NCBI GenBank assembly: GCA_965603825.1
Contig: CBFDEM010000020.1
Location: 496,001-560,000, forward strand
Origin: Blepharisma stoltei ATCC 30299
Lineage: Eukaryota; Protista; Ciliophora
Direction of reading: 5' to 3'
DNA length: 64,000 nucleotides
Part shown: positions 1 to 12,429 of the stretch, piece by piece
Numbering within the stretch: the first letter of the stretch is position 1
Layout of the letters: each line of letters begins with the position of its first letter
Program-made: the position numbers and the translations under genes
The notes under the pieces: model-generated
Seen by the model: the letters and a program-made list of their open reading frames with translations, nothing else
Database searches by the model: none
Told to the model about the DNA's origin: nothing

Positions 1-491
1 ATCAGCAAAGAACTGCAAGGCCTTGGATAGTGATATTAATGCATCGTCCTCTTTATTGTGCATCTAACTTGTCACTGACACGACACACAATTTGTGGAAG
101 CGAAGCCACAGTTCTTAAAGAATCTTTGGAAGAAATTATTTATGACAATTCAGTGGATTTGGTAATTTCAGCACACTTGAATGGCTATGAAAGAAGTGCT
201 GCAATATATAAAGGAGAGGTCTTAAAAGGAGCAAATAGTACCGCAAATTATTATACAGACCCAGCTGCCCCTGTTTATATAGTTAGTGGAGCTGCTGGCA
301 ATTCAGAAGGCTTGGATCCGCTATATCAAAGTGTTTCAGTCCCTGAAACGACTGAATTCGTTGGCTCAACGTATGGCTATGGAAGAATTTATGCATATAA
401 CACTACTCACTTGTACTGGGAACAATACAATGCTGCAAACTTAACCCAGGTAGATTATCTCTGGATAAGCAAGTCTCAAGCAAGATATTAA
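1..491 (+). CDS. Purple acid phosphatase (ACP7/iron-zinc PAP-like), C-terminal part; 5' end lies outside the window
   Basis: Frame open from base 3: RPWIVILMHRPLYC...DLVISAHLNGYERS...PVYIVSGAAGN...YGYG; metallophosphoesterase/PAP C-terminal motifs; TAA stop. Confidence 0.85.
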   Translation, partial: QQRTARPWIVILMHRPLYCASNLSLTRHTICGSEATVLKESLEEIIYDNSVDLVISAHLNGYERSAAIYKGEVLKGANSTANYYTDPAAPVYIVSGAAGNSEGLDPLYQSVSVPETTEFVGSTYGYGRIYAYNTTHLYWEQYNAANLTQVDYLWISKSQARY

Positions 492-521
492 ATGCTAAAG
501 CGTTAAATTGACTTAAAATAG

Positions 522-1067
522 CTAGTTAAACACATCGCTAATCAGTGATGATTTTTGTTTTTTCATTAATAAAGGTCGGTTAGGCTTCGTGACTGAAACT
601 TTTTTGGTTCCAGCCAACCGATCAATGAAATTTTTATCCACAGCCGACTTGGTTCTTGTAACTGTTTTATTTTTAGAGCAAATAGTTTTTGTTGCATAGG
701 TAGGTGTCTTCTTGTTAAAAGGGGAGATGCTCTTTTTGTTGGATTCTTGAGTGCCTAGATGGGACTTTGACTTAGTGTTACTTAACGATCTCCTCTTTTT
801 TGTGGGTTTACAATTTTCTGTAAAATTTGTTCTTTCTGTCAAAATTTCATTTGGGGCGTCTCCGTCAGCTTCCAAAACGTTTTTGAGATTGGAGATCTTT
901 GAAGATGATTTTTTTCTATGGGATGGCTTGTTTTCTCGCTCTAGTTTGACTTCCATAAGCCTAGAACAGAGGTCATGGTACTCGAAATGAACTCCGTATT
1001 TGTCCTCAACTGTAGGCTGAGGGTGCTCTCCGAGAATTTGTTTATATAGACCATTATCACCTAACAT
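522..1067 (-). CDS. Hypothetical basic protein, 181 aa
   Basis: ATG in TTAAAATG context to TAG; EDKYGVHFEYHDLCSRL segment followed by a K/S/T-rich tail. Confidence 0.65.
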   Translation of the reverse strand: MLGDNGLYKQILGEHPQPTVEDKYGVHFEYHDLCSRLMEVKLERENKPSHRKKSSSKISNLKNVLEADGDAPNEILTERTNFTENCKPTKKRRSLSNTKSKSHLGTQESNKKSISPFNKKTPTYATKTICSKNKTVTRTKSAVDKNFIDRLAGTKKVSVTKPNRPLLMKKQKSSLISDVFN

Positions 1068-1103
1068 TTTAAATTATAACGTCATTAAATTGCAAAAATT
1101 AAA

Positions 1104-3608
1104 TTACAGTTGCTTATTTGAGGATCTTTTCATTATTACGGGGCGGACTGGCATTTTGACAGATTTAACACAAAAATTTGGAAGGACTTGATTTGTTGTT
1201 TCCTTAGCAAAATGAAGGGTTCGGTTTGCTTTAGGCCTTGACAAGTGCTTTACAACGGTCCTAATATTTCGGTCAGGAAGGCTCTGCAACTTTGCTACAG
1301 CAGATTTATTGCAATCGACAATAAAATTTGGTCCTAAATTTCCATTTCTACTTGTAGAAATGCTTCTTTTTCTGGTTTCTATTTCGTTTTTTCTCTCAAT
1401 GTGCGTCCTGGATCTTGAAGCACTCATAAAAGGCTTAAAAAACCTCGATCTATACGTTTTATTATTAAAATTTTCAAAGGAGGTCGAATTGATAATTTTT
1501 GGCGAGATTGAAGTTTGAAAATATGTAAAAGTTGTGAAGCAAGCTCCTATATCAGAAGCTGACACAAAACTTTTAAGCTGACTGGGCTCATCTTGAAGGT
1601 ATATTGGATTTTGAGGGATAGGAATTTTGAATTTAAATGGTTCGTCTTCTATTAAGCAAATCGATGAATTTCTGCTATAAATTGAGGCACTTTCTGATTC
1701 ACTATCGCCGCTGTCACTTCCTGAAGTGTCATTTGAGCCTTCATCTTCTAAGCCTTCATTTTTCTGAGCTCTTTCTATTTCCTCTAAACTGAAATATTTT
1801 GATAATGAAGTATCAATAGGAAATTCATCGAAAACTTGATTCCATTCATTCTCGCTTATTTCTCTTTCATGCTTAGGCTTTATAGAGTTTTTCCTTTTAT
1901 TTAGCTTCTGCTGTCCTTCTTTTGTGCTCGGTCTTCTTGAATTTATTGCGAATTTGGCTTTTTCTTTCATTTCTTGCATTTTTACCTCTCTTTTTTCTTC
2001 TTCAAGTTTTTTTTGTAGCAGCTCTTGAGCAGGAGTTCCTGAAATTTCTTTCATTTTGGACGGTTTAAGCCATCCATGAGTATGGAGAAGCTCAATTTCG
2101 AGATTTCTTAACAAATATGTATATTCAAGCAAGCCTTGCCCAAAACTTACACCAAGCTTAAATAGCTCGCATTCATCATAGGGCTTGATTTCTTCTCCAT
2201 GCTCGTAGCCATAAAAGCTTGTTTCTAGCGTAAAACTGTTTGTAATTCTCAATTCTTTCCATACAACGACTCGCCCGGTCCCCATTTTATCTGCACTGAC
2301 ACTAAATCTGCAATCTTTATATGAAAACAAAGGCGTAACTTTGGCTAAAACCCTTGGAAATAGCCTTACTTTAGTCCAAGAAGCAAATCCACCATCAGCA
2401 GCTGTATTACAACCATAAATAAATGAATTTTTTTTCTTTGCGTGTGCATGCAAATCACAAAAAATCGTCACTTCTCGTTTTGCTGCTAACTTTTTCATCA
2501 TCATTTTTGTATGATAAATGCAAGGGTGAAGTTCCATGTTTGGATTTATTCATTGTCTATTTAAATCATCTCCACTCAAAGATGTTCTATAATTGCCACA
2601 TACAACTCCGTCTGGATTTAGCATAGGGATAATTTTGAAGATATATACATTTCTAAGTGCAATGGCCTGCTTGCTATTATCTAAGAGAAAACTGATAATA
2701 CTTTCCATTACAAAAGAGCCTGTAGTTTCTCCTGCATGGACTCTAGCAGTTATGACTGCTCCTTTTCTTTTATAGAAAGGGATTCCAGAGTGCTTATCAG
2801 CTGTGATAGTAAGCGCATATAATGGAAGTCCGCCAAGAGAATTACACAAAAGCTCTCTTCTATAATGAAGCTTATTTTTGTCTATTCTTATTGGGACATC
2901 TTCTACGATGCCTAATTTTTGTTCAGTTTGAGCAATAAAATTTTGCAGCCTTGAGAAAGTATAAGGCCTTGAAAAAGCGAAAGTAACTTTATCATTATAA
3001 TGCTCAAACTGAAAGGTAAAGCTCAGCATATAATATTTTTTCCCCGACTCCGATTCATATCTATGATATTGCGCATTTTTAATCTCCCTCCATTCATTTT
3101 CATAAGTGGAAAATGACAATGGCTTCATTCCTCTTTGAAATAAGCTGCTTCCTTTACTAAAATTCAAAATATTGATTTTTATGCATCCAATTATATCATT
3201 TTTCACCTCAAAATAAAACCACTGGGAGTGTCCTTTCGAATTAGTATCAGTTTTCATAAGTAAATCAAATTCGGCTGAGGATTTTTGGAAAACACTTTCC
3301 AGGTTCCCACACTCTATATAGGAATTGAAATGGAAAAGTGACGATGGGTTCTTTTTAGGAGTTTCTATAGATGAGGATATAAGTGATTGCAAAAATGATG
3401 GCATCTCACTAGTGGAGTCAGGCTGTGGAAATGAATATATCAAGGTTGAAGGATTCACTGGGAAATGAGCTCCATAACTGACTTTAAACGACAGTGGAGG
3501 CGGAGTTTTTAACTTCCATCTAAATAAAGGTTACTGTGGCTTTGGGAGTTCGGAATATTTGCCAGATTCTGGAAGAGGAATGGGGGCAGGAATATTATAG
3601 TCATACAT
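1104..3608 (-). CDS. Cytosolic carboxypeptidase (CCP/AGBL, M14D tubulin deglutamylase family), ~829 aa; 1 intron, 1 TGA-Trp
   Basis: ECGNL, QWFYF, ARVHAGE, PMLNPDGV..GNYR, DLNRQ[TGA=W at 2550-2552], FCDLHAH, SFTLE motifs; ATG 3608; intron 3520-3534. Confidence 0.9.
3520..3534 (-). other. 15-nt spliceosomal intron GTAACCTTTATTTAG
   Basis: Removes an in-frame TAA and joins the ATG at 3608 to the CCP frame. Confidence 0.8.
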
Positions 3609-3950
3609 CTTTATACGTTGTTATGAAGACAAAAAAATTATTTATAAATTAGATTGTTAGCCTTTTTGGAAATAGCTTTTACTAAATGACTAAAAGGTTA
3701 GCTAGAGCTGTGGGATGAAGAAACTTGGCTTTAGTCTAATATATTTAAATTGGGCCTTTGTTGGCCTTTAAATATAATTCTGTTATGCTTTTGCAAAGAA
3801 TATACTTGAAGATAGAAAAATAATCCTGGAGATATTTTAAGTTAAATGAAAACGGCTTGCTTTTATTTAATAGTCATTTTATTAATTAAAATATAATTAA
3901 GAAAGCCATTTAATAGAAAAATAGAATTTCTGGGTGTTTTAAGTATTAGA

Positions 3951-5138
3951 TTATTCTGCTTTAGCTTCTTCTTTATGCTGCTTGCGAGCAAGTGGTCCGA
4001 AGAATGCATATTTTTCTTCTGATGTTTGCCATCGGCCATGTCCAAACTTGCTGCTTGTATCAATAAATTTAAGGGAGATTTGTTCTGCAGCAGCTCTTGA
4101 AACGTTAGTAATCAGAGATTTTCTAAGAGTGATGACTCTCTTTCTTGTTCCGATAATGGCTCCTTTTACCATTAAAAAGTCGTTCTTGACAACTCCGTAG
4201 TGAGCGAATCCTCCCATTGGAGTGATTTTCTTTTCTGTAATGTCTTGATCAGTGCTGCCATTCTTTGGGTCTTCTGCTTTTCCAATTCTGTAAATCTTTT
4301 TATTGATTTCAGTTCTATGGTGATATCCTCTTTGACCAGCTCTTGGGACAGCGAAGTTGACTCTTGATGGATGCCAAGGCCCAATACAAGCAATTTTTCG
4401 CCTACCTCTGTGAGTTTTTCTTTGTAGAAGTTTGACTCCCCATCTTCTTACGACTCCACTGAAGCCTTTGCCTTTGCAAACTCCAATAGTGTCAATCATT
4501 TCGTTTGGCTGGAAAACTTCACTGACAGCTACCTTTTGTTCGAATTTAGCATAAGCCCAGTCTACTTTCTCAGCAATATTGCTACCACCGTTTACTTGAA
4601 TTTCCATGATGTGAGCTTTCTTTTGTGAGAATCCGACAAGCTGAGTTTGTGTGTGAGCGATGACTCTAACAACAGAGCAATACTTCTTTATTCTGTCTAA
4701 GGCTCTTTTGATTTCTGTGCCAGACTCATACTTTGCTGCATATTTTACAAAAGCGCGTTTCTTTGATTTGACCCAGTTTCTGTAAAATCTTCTCTTGCAT
4801 TCTTCGCTAAGGTGCTGAGCCCAGACAGTGGTAAGAGCTTTGAGACCTCTAGGTGTTTCAATGTAGCCAACAAGCCCTACAATTACCATAGGAGGGGTTT
4901 CTACAATGGTGACAGCTTCAATGACTTCTTTTTGGTGAAGTTTGGAGCCTGGCTTATTGACCTCACGAAGTATGTGTGTCATTCCTGCTTTGTAGCCAAT
5001 AAAAGCTGTGAGGTGAGGAGCCTTGCTAGGGTCATCCTTAGGGAAGCTACGCACTCTACCTCTATGATGCTTCGCTCTTTTTCTTGGAAGGAAGCCTAGA
5101 GACCCATGTCTTGGACGCTCAAATTTGCGGTGTGACAT
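3951..5138 (-). CDS. RPL3: 60S ribosomal protein L3 (uL3)
   Basis: [22 protein letters not shown]...[13 protein letters not shown]; unmistakable eukaryotic uL3. Confidence 0.99.
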   Translation of the reverse strand: MSHRKFERPRHGSLGFLPRKRAKHHRGRVRSFPKDDPSKAPHLTAFIGYKAGMTHILREVNKPGSKLHQKEVIEAVTIVETPPMVIVGLVGYIETPRGLKALTTVWAQHLSEECKRRFYRNWVKSKKRAFVKYAAKYESGTEIKRALDRIKKYCSVVRVIAHTQTQLVGFSQKKAHIMEIQVNGGSNIAEKVDWAYAKFEQKVAVSEVFQPNEMIDTIGVCKGKGFSGVVRRWGVKLLQRKTHRGRRKIACIGPWHPSRVNFAVPRAGQRGYHHRTEINKKIYRIGKAEDPKNGSTDQDITEKKITPMGGFAHYGVVKNDFLMVKGAIIGTRKRVITLRKSLITNVSRAAAEQISLKFIDTSSKFGHGRWQTSEEKYAFFGPLARKQHKEEAKAE

Positions 5139-5433
5139 TTATTTTTAACCATAAGGAGATATGTCTGAAATATGAAGCATAAAGTTATTAATAAAATCTC
5201 GAAAACTTAATCAAATCCTAGCAGAAAAATTGAGCGTAAAGCTTTATATGAGAGTGCTTTATTATTTTTTTCTCCAATTGAAGTTTTTGGCGCTTAGGAA
5301 TAAAAAACCAATAAATTTTCCCAATAAGAATTCGCTTTTTCGATTTTGTAACTTTTTATAAATCAATATTAAGTAGATGTAGTAGGCTGAATCACAGATA
5401 AATAATAATTCTTAATTGCCATATTAAGCAGTT

Positions 5434-6009
5434 ATGTTCAAGAATACTTTCCAGTCTGGCTTTCTCTCAATTCTCTACAGCATAGGCAGTAAACCGCTCC
5501 AAATCTGGGACAAAAGTGTAAGAAATGGTCACATTAAAAGAATCACTGACCAAGATATTCAAAGTTCAGTACTCGAAATAATGGGCACAAACGTAAGCAC
5601 CACATTCATAACTTGTCCAGCAGACCCAAACCAAACTCTCGGAATAAAGCTCCCGTTTCTCGTCATGATTATTAAAAATCTCAAAAAATATTTCACATTC
5701 GAAGTGCAAGTTCTGGACGATAAAAACATTAGAAGACGATTTCGAGCTTCAAACTATCAGAGTACAACCAGAGTGAAGCCTTTTATTTGTACGATGCCTA
5801 TGAGACTGGATGAAGGGTGGAACCAAATCCAATTCAACCTGTCTGATTTCACGAGAAGAGCGTACGGTACAAACTATATTGAAACTTTGAGAGTACAGAT
5901 TCATGCTAATTGCAGAATGAGAAGAATTTACTTCTCTGACAGATTGTACTCTGAAGAAGAACTGCCACCTGAGTTCAAGCTATTTTTGCCTCTTCAAAAG
6001 CAGGCTTAA
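5434..6009 (+). CDS. CFAP20: Cilia- and flagella-associated protein 20 (BUG22)
   Basis: [27 protein letters not shown]...[21 protein letters not shown]. Confidence 0.98.
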   Translation: MFKNTFQSGFLSILYSIGSKPLQIWDKSVRNGHIKRITDQDIQSSVLEIMGTNVSTTFITCPADPNQTLGIKLPFLVMIIKNLKKYFTFEVQVLDDKNIRRRFRASNYQSTTRVKPFICTMPMRLDEGWNQIQFNLSDFTRRAYGTNYIETLRVQIHANCRMRRIYFSDRLYSEEELPPEFKLFLPLQKQA

Positions 6010-6081
6010 TTTAATGAAGCTTCGATATCATTCTCAGTCTAGGATTTAAACTAAGAATATTCTAACAAAACTAAATTCAAA

Positions 6082-7941
6082 ATGGCCGAGCGCCTTCAGG
6101 AGTCTATACACCTCGCTTCTGGGAATGCTATTACCAATAATGCAAACATTGAAGAAATTTTTAAGTGCTTTATATGTCTTGGCAAAGTGGTCGATGCAAA
6201 ATTATGTCCATCATGCTCGAAGCCTTGCTGCAACCATTGCATTACAAGATGGCTGACAGAACAAAGACCGCAGTGCCCTCATTGCCGAGCTCCTTTAAGA
6301 CTTCAAAACCTAGTTAATGGCCGCATAGTTTCAGAATTATCACAAGCTTTAGAATCTCTCCAAATATCAAAGCCAGAACCAATTGAAAAATGCTCAACAC
6401 ACTCCTTATCACTTAATTATTACTGCATGACCTGCTTTAAAGCCATTTGCTCAGACTGTGCGATGTTCGGAGCTGAGCATAAAGGCCATGAATTTCAGCA
6501 TTTATCCACGATCCATGAAAAACACGTCAAAAGTATAAAGCACAAATCATCAGCCCTCAGAAAAAGAATTGCTGAGTTGGGCTCAATACTGCGTGAAATT
6601 GATATAAATATCGAGAAGGTTAAGAAAAGCAAAGAAGAAAAAAGCAAAGAATTAATTTCAACTGCTGAAAAAATGCAGGAAAGACTAGAAGCGCAGGTTA
6701 AAAACAAATTGCAAATCCTGCATGAGCAAAAAGAAGCTATAAGTGAAGAAATTGATAATTTAGAAAATATGCATATTGACATTAATAAGCAGCTGAGCCA
6801 GGATGGGAAAAGCAAGCTGATAGCGAAAACTCCTGAGTTGATTAAGATGCTGAAAGAATTAAATCAGAAGCCTTTATCTAGATACAACAAAGTTGCTGTT
6901 TCTACTGATATACAGTCAGAAATAACCCCGAGCTATGATTCAGGGACTTTTGAAATTAAAAATTATTCAACGCTGCGGGCAACTACTGAAGTGATTTATT
7001 CTGATACTTTGCAGACTGGTGGGATCACTTGGAGACTTAAAGTTTACCCGAATGGGAATGGGGTAGCGAGAGACAGCTATCTCTCTGTATTTTTAGAAAT
7101 GATGAAAGGACTTCAAAACTCTTCGAAGTATGAGTACCGAGTCGAAATGGTCAACCATTTAAGCTCAAACCTATGTGTTGTTAGAGAATTTACTTCAGAA
7201 TTTGAATCTGGAGAATGCTGGGGCTATAACCGCTTCTTTAAAATTGAATTGCTCAAAGAAGAAGGTTATTTAAGTGAAGAAGATACTATATCACTGAGAT
7301 ATTACATAAGGCCGCCTACTTATTTTCAGAAATGCAGAGACCAAAAGCAATATATAAAATATTTAGAAGCAAGCCGAAATCAATTATTACTCCAGCTTAA
7401 AGAGTACCAAGAAAAATCAGAAAAAAAAGAAAGCGAAGATGTCTCAGTCTTCGACTCAAATGAAAATCCGCTTGAAAAAATTGAAGAAGAGACCAAAGAA
7501 AGACCAGCCATTGAAGAAGCCTCAAAAGAAGAATCCTACAAAGAAGAGTCAGATGACAGTTTCGATAAGGTTTTGCAAAAGCAAATAGAAATCCAAACGA
7601 AAATAAAAGAGGATCTTAAAAGCAGAGAAGAAGAGATTTCAAAAGAGCAGTCAGCAAATTCTGCCCATGAATTAAGCACCGTTTTGCAAAGATACATGAT
7701 GACGCCTGAAGAAGTCAGCTCCTCAGGGTCAGACTCCCCTAGAGAACAAAAATGATCAGAAGGCGAATTAGAAACCCACAGCTGCTCTGATATTCTTTCT
7801 CACGATCCTTTGGACTCAGAGGAAAGAGACTGGGGCAGATTTGATAGCCAAAACAATCCTGAATTGCTAGGGTAACTGATATTTAGTGACAGCTTATTGA
7901 GAGCTTATGAAGCCTTGAAAAACCATAAGTGAGCCCAATAA
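6082..7941 (+). CDS. TRIM37: TRIM37-like E3 ligase (RING, B-box, coiled coil, MATH), ~614 aa; 2 TGA-Trp, 1 intron
   Basis: FKCFICLGKVVDAKLCPSCSK..CPHCRAPL RING; WRLKVYPNGNG..ECWGYNRFF MATH; TGA 7753 read through; intron 7872-7886; TAA 7939-7941 (3' end less certain, alternative TAA 7873-7875). Confidence 0.88.
7872..7886 (+). other. 15-nt intron GTAACTGATATTTAG (probable)
   Basis: Matches the GTA-N6-A-N3-AG consensus; removal extends TRIM37 by 17 codons. Confidence 0.65.
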
Positions 7942-7970
7942 TTATTAAACTAAATTATTCTGCATCTAAT

Positions 7971-9464
7971 TTATTTACCTTTATATGGAGATGGACCAAG
8001 CATTTGTTCAGGCTTTACCCAGTCATTGAACTGCTGCTCGGTTAAGTATCCAAGTTTTAGTGCTGATTCTTTAAGGGTTGTTCCCTCCTTGTGAGCGGTT
8101 TTGGCTATTTTCGCAGCTTTATCATAGCCAATATAAGGATTTAGAGCAGTGACAAGCATTAAGCTTTCATTCATAATTTTGTTAATTTTGTCTCTGTTAG
8201 CTTGGATCCCTGAAACACAATGATCAGTAAAGCTTCTCGAAGCATCCCCTATAAGTCTTATTGAATGAAGGACATTCTTAATGATGACTGGCTTGAAGAC
8301 ATTTAGCTCAAAATGTCCATTGCAGCCTCCTATGGTGACAGCTGTATGATTTCCAATGACTTGAGCGCAAACCATTGTCAAAGCTTCACATTGGGTTGGG
8401 TTCACTTTTCCAGGCATAATTGAAGATCCAGGCTCGTTTTCAGGCAGTAATAGCTCACCTAGCCCGCATCTTGGTCCTGATCCTAAAAATCTAATATCAT
8501 TAGCAATCTTCATTAAAGAAGTAGCTACAGTGTTCAAAGCTCCGCTGAAATAAACCAAAGCATCATGTGTAGCTAGAGCCTCAAACTTATTAGGAGCTGT
8601 TTTGAAAGGTAGTCCTGTCTCTTTCGCTACATCTGCAGCAAATTTTTCAGGGAACCCTACATAAGTGTTAATCCCAGTGCCTACAGCTGTGCCTCCTTGA
8701 GCCAGATAATAAACATCCTCTAAGCTTCTCTCAACTCTTCTTATTCCATTTTCCACCTGTGCAGCATACCCACTGAATTCTTGTCCAAGGGTAATCGGAG
8801 TTGCATCTTGGGTATGAGTCCTCCCAATCTTTATGATGTCAGCAAATTCTTTGGATTTGTCCACAAGCGCTTGATGCAATTTTCTTAGTCCAGGAATGAG
8901 GACATTGTGAGTTTCTACGGCTGCGGCAATATGCATAGCAGTAGGAAAAGAGTCATTTGAGCTTTGGCTTCTATTCACATGGTCATTTGGATGGACGCTT
9001 TTATCACCTATTTTTCCACCCAAGATTTCAATTGCTCTGTTTGCAATGACTTCATTGCAGTTCATATTGGATTGAGTGCCTGAGCCAGTTTGCCATACGA
9101 CAAGTGGGAAATGGGCCATAAGTTTCCCTTCTATGATTTCATCGCATGCCTTTTGTATTGCAGATGCGTGCTCAGCTGAGAGTCCAAATTCTTTATTTAC
9201 TCTTGCGGCACATTTTTTCAAAATTCCAAAAGCTTTGATTAGAGGGGCTGGCATCCTCTCTGTTTCGCCACCAATGTCAAAGTTTTCAAGGGATCTTTGA
9301 GTTTGAGCACCCCAATATTTATCACCTGAGACTTTGATGTCTCCAAAAGTGTCTTTTTCTATTCTAAATGTGGAGAAGCTTGCAAATGGTTGGGTGTAGA
9401 TATTCTTACCACTTGAGGAGAGTATCTTGGAAAGGAGTAATCGGTTGGCTCTTGATAAAAGCAT
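7971..9464 (-). CDS. FH: Fumarate hydratase class II, mitochondrial precursor
   Basis: [40 protein letters not shown] signature; N-terminal transit-like peptide. Confidence 0.98.
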   Translation of the reverse strand: MLLSRANRLLLSKILSSSGKNIYTQPFASFSTFRIEKDTFGDIKVSGDKYWGAQTQRSLENFDIGGETERMPAPLIKAFGILKKCAARVNKEFGLSAEHASAIQKACDEIIEGKLMAHFPLVVWQTGSGTQSNMNCNEVIANRAIEILGGKIGDKSVHPNDHVNRSQSSNDSFPTAMHIAAAVETHNVLIPGLRKLHQALVDKSKEFADIIKIGRTHTQDATPITLGQEFSGYAAQVENGIRRVERSLEDVYYLAQGGTAVGTGINTYVGFPEKFAADVAKETGLPFKTAPNKFEALATHDALVYFSGALNTVATSLMKIANDIRFLGSGPRCGLGELLLPENEPGSSIMPGKVNPTQCEALTMVCAQVIGNHTAVTIGGCNGHFELNVFKPVIIKNVLHSIRLIGDASRSFTDHCVSGIQANRDKINKIMNESLMLVTALNPYIGYDKAAKIAKTAHKEGTTLKESALKLGYLTEQQFNDWVKPEQMLGPSPYKGK

Positions 9465-9767
9465 AATATGAATTTATATCCATTATTCAATCTTTTAGAA
9501 ATAAAGATACAAATTAAATGTGATCAAAATCTAAGGATTTATAGCTTATTTTTTGTCAAGGAAGGATATAATGTTGATCAATTTTATATTGGGAATCTTG
9601 ATGCTTATAAATTTAATTATGTTTTTTTAAATGCAATGTCTGTGAAATTCACAAATTTTATTATCAAAAATTTGCCCAACCAACAGATACTGCTTCACAG
9701 ATATTAGTATAGATAGTACGAATGGATTCGTGATGACATTAATTAAGTTCCATGATTTAAATAAAAG

Positions 9768-10880
9768 ATGCGCACAATTTTTGCAATCAGTGCTATAACT
9801 TTATGTCTTTCTATTATTGAATTAATAAGCCATGAAGAACTTGAAAGCACTGGTGCATATCTAATAGAAAGAATCCAAAGTTCCCGAAGTGAAGAAAGTG
9901 ACGATTTCTTTCTGATGATTGGAGCTGTCACAAGTATTTGTTTCTTTCTTGTAAGCGGCATCTGCTACTTAGTTGGATACAAAGATTTCGGCTTATTAGG
10001 GATTTTTGGAAGCCAATTAGGTGCCGCTTTTTCTGGGATTCTGAAAGTTGCATTTGCGCATCCCCGTCCTTTTTGGAAATATTTCAATATCGATGCCTTG
10101 CTCTGCTCAAAAGATTTTGGGGCTCCATCAGGCCATGCAATGTCAGCAGGGGCTAGTTTATTTGTGCTTGGATATCTGTGAATGAAATCTGGAGGCTGGC
10201 GATATTTGAAACTCGTCATTATAGCTATTATTGTTATCATCACTGGATATGATCGGATGTACTTAGGAGTTCATTTTTACTTTCAGATAATTTTGGGCTA
10301 TTCTTTTGCTTTATTAATTGCTGCTATTATTGTTTATCCTCAGACGACAAAGCTAGTCCAAAGAATCGGAAATGAGAAATTGGCATTTATAAAAAGCCAG
10401 GTACTGTGGCTTGTATTATTAGTATTATCTACTATTATTTGCTTATTTAGGAACTCAGAGTGGGATCCAATGTGGTCTCAGAATTATGAAAAATCATGTG
10501 GAAAACAATTTGTGATTGAGGATGTTCTTGTAAAAAATGCTGCGGATTCATATGTGTTTAGCTTGTTGGCAGGCTTAACAGCAGGCCATTATTTGCAAAG
10601 AAATAATAGTGCTACTGAGCCTACAGTATTAGTTGTAGTATTTGCAGCATTTTTGCACTTGGGATTTATTAATATATTTTTGAAATATTTAGAAGGATTT
10701 ATCACGCTAAGCTCAACGGATCTATCTGGCTGGGTCTTTTTAGCTATAATAAGATACAGCTGTGGTCTAATTTATGCCTATTTCCTGCCCCTTGTGGTTT
10801 CAAAGCTTTTCAGGAAAAATAAATCTTTAGCAAGAGAAAATCCATCCTTTTCTGTATTGACTTTTAAAATCAAAATCTAG
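9768..10880 (+). CDS. PAP2-superfamily membrane phosphatase (glucose-6-phosphatase-like), 370 aa; 1 TGA-Trp
   Basis: KxxxxxxRP (LKVAFAHPRP), PSGH and RxxxxxH (DRMYLGVHF) motifs split across TGA 10179-10181; multiple TM segments. Confidence 0.88.
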
Positions 10881-10906
10881 TAATTTTAACAAAAAGATTT
10901 TAATAA

Positions 10907-12328
10907 ATGGATATTGAAGATCTGTGCTGTGGCATTTGCCAACAGAACTTTGATTCAACCCAAAGAGAGCCACGCATGCTCCAATGTGGGCATAGCTTTT
11001 GCTCACTTTGTCTTCAAGAGTTATTCGGAAGAGGTATAAAATCTTGTCCTGAAGATAGCACTGCCTTTAATGTGTCATCAGTAGAAGAGCTACCTAAAAA
11101 TTTTGCGTTGCTTAAATTTTTAACCAAAACAGTCCCAAAAGTTGACAATAAGCTTTGCATCAATCATAAAAAAATACTTGAGTATATATGCATACAAGAC
11201 AAAGTCAAGGTTTGCGCTAGTTGTGCTTTGTTTGGCCAGCATAGAGGACATGAAATCAAGCCACTTGATGATATGGTTCAAGAAATCACTATGCGAGCAG
11301 AATTATTGCTTGATATGCTCCAAATTATAGAAAAAAGCCAAAGCAGCGTTATGGATAAAGATGTGAAAATAAGGCTAGAGCAAGTGTTTGATCTTTATAA
11401 AAATAAAAAAATCTTCATAGAAAAAGAGATCAAAGATGGGTTTGCAAGGCTAAGAAGCAATATAAACGAGTTAGAAAAAGCAGCAGTCAGCACAATGCAG
11501 AAGAATTTTGAGTATATTGAAAGTAATATAGTCAATATTCGAGATATTCCAAAACTAATAGACTCTCAAACTATTGCTTGGAAAGATAGAGTCAAAGAAA
11601 AACTTGGCAAATTTACCCGACAAACAGAAGATCCCACATATGTGGCTCTAGATATATTAGACAACAGCGGTGAAGACCTATTTCAGCAAGGCGAAAAATT
11701 AATTGTTGACTTAGAAGGACTAAAAGATATCCAAATTGAGCCTCTTGAAGAAACAGTCAATGAACTCAGTGTCCAATTTTCGGACTCACAGCTTGTTAAT
11801 ATATGCAAAGTCAAACCATCAGGACGCAGTCCTTCGACCCCCAGATCTGAAAAGAAGCATCCATCTAAGCCTGAAGAATTCAAGTCAATTGATGAAGAAG
11901 ACTTAGATGGCGACTTAATCCCACAATTCAATGAAGAAATGTTCAACCAAGCTCTTGATGTCCTAAAATATAACACAAGTGAAATCGCTGATTTCTCCAA
12001 TGCAGGCGATTTAGGAGACAAAGCAGCAATCATAGCCACTTATCTGGTCAATAACACAAACCTTAAGTCCTTAAAGCTTGTCAAAAATAGCATCTCAGAT
12101 TCTGCTGCCATTGAAATTTTCAGGGCACTTCAGGAAAACTTTTCATTGCAGTCTCTTCATTTGTCGCAAAATCCTCTTGGGACTGAAGCTCTTGATGAGT
12201 TGATTGAAATGCTTAATGTCAATACAACTCTAAGAGATATTTACCTTATTGGAAACCAAAAAATGAGCCCAGAATACAAGAGTAATTTTGCTCAGATGTC
12301 AAGTAGATTTAGAAAAATTTATACTTAA
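10907..12328 (+). CDS. RING / B-box / coiled-coil protein with C-terminal RNI-like leucine-rich repeats
   Basis: CGIC..CGHSFCSLC..CPED RING; CINH..C..D..CASC..H..H B-box; LKSLKLVKNSI, LQSLHLSQNPLG LRRs. Confidence 0.85.
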   Translation: MDIEDLCCGICQQNFDSTQREPRMLQCGHSFCSLCLQELFGRGIKSCPEDSTAFNVSSVEELPKNFALLKFLTKTVPKVDNKLCINHKKILEYICIQDKVKVCASCALFGQHRGHEIKPLDDMVQEITMRAELLLDMLQIIEKSQSSVMDKDVKIRLEQVFDLYKNKKIFIEKEIKDGFARLRSNINELEKAAVSTMQKNFEYIESNIVNIRDIPKLIDSQTIAWKDRVKEKLGKFTRQTEDPTYVALDILDNSGEDLFQQGEKLIVDLEGLKDIQIEPLEETVNELSVQFSDSQLVNICKVKPSGRSPSTPRSEKKHPSKPEEFKSIDEEDLDGDLIPQFNEEMFNQALDVLKYNTSEIADFSNAGDLGDKAAIIATYLVNNTNLKSLKLVKNSISDSAAIEIFRALQENFSLQSLHLSQNPLGTEALDELIEMLNVNTTLRDIYLIGNQKMSPEYKSNFAQMSSRFRKIYT

Positions 12329-12429
12329 TTTGGAATAATAAATAGGATTAAGCACTTGGGCTTTGATAAAAATTTACGATCCATTTTGGTTTTATTATAA
12401 TAATAAATTTAAGGGCTGTACTCCACACG

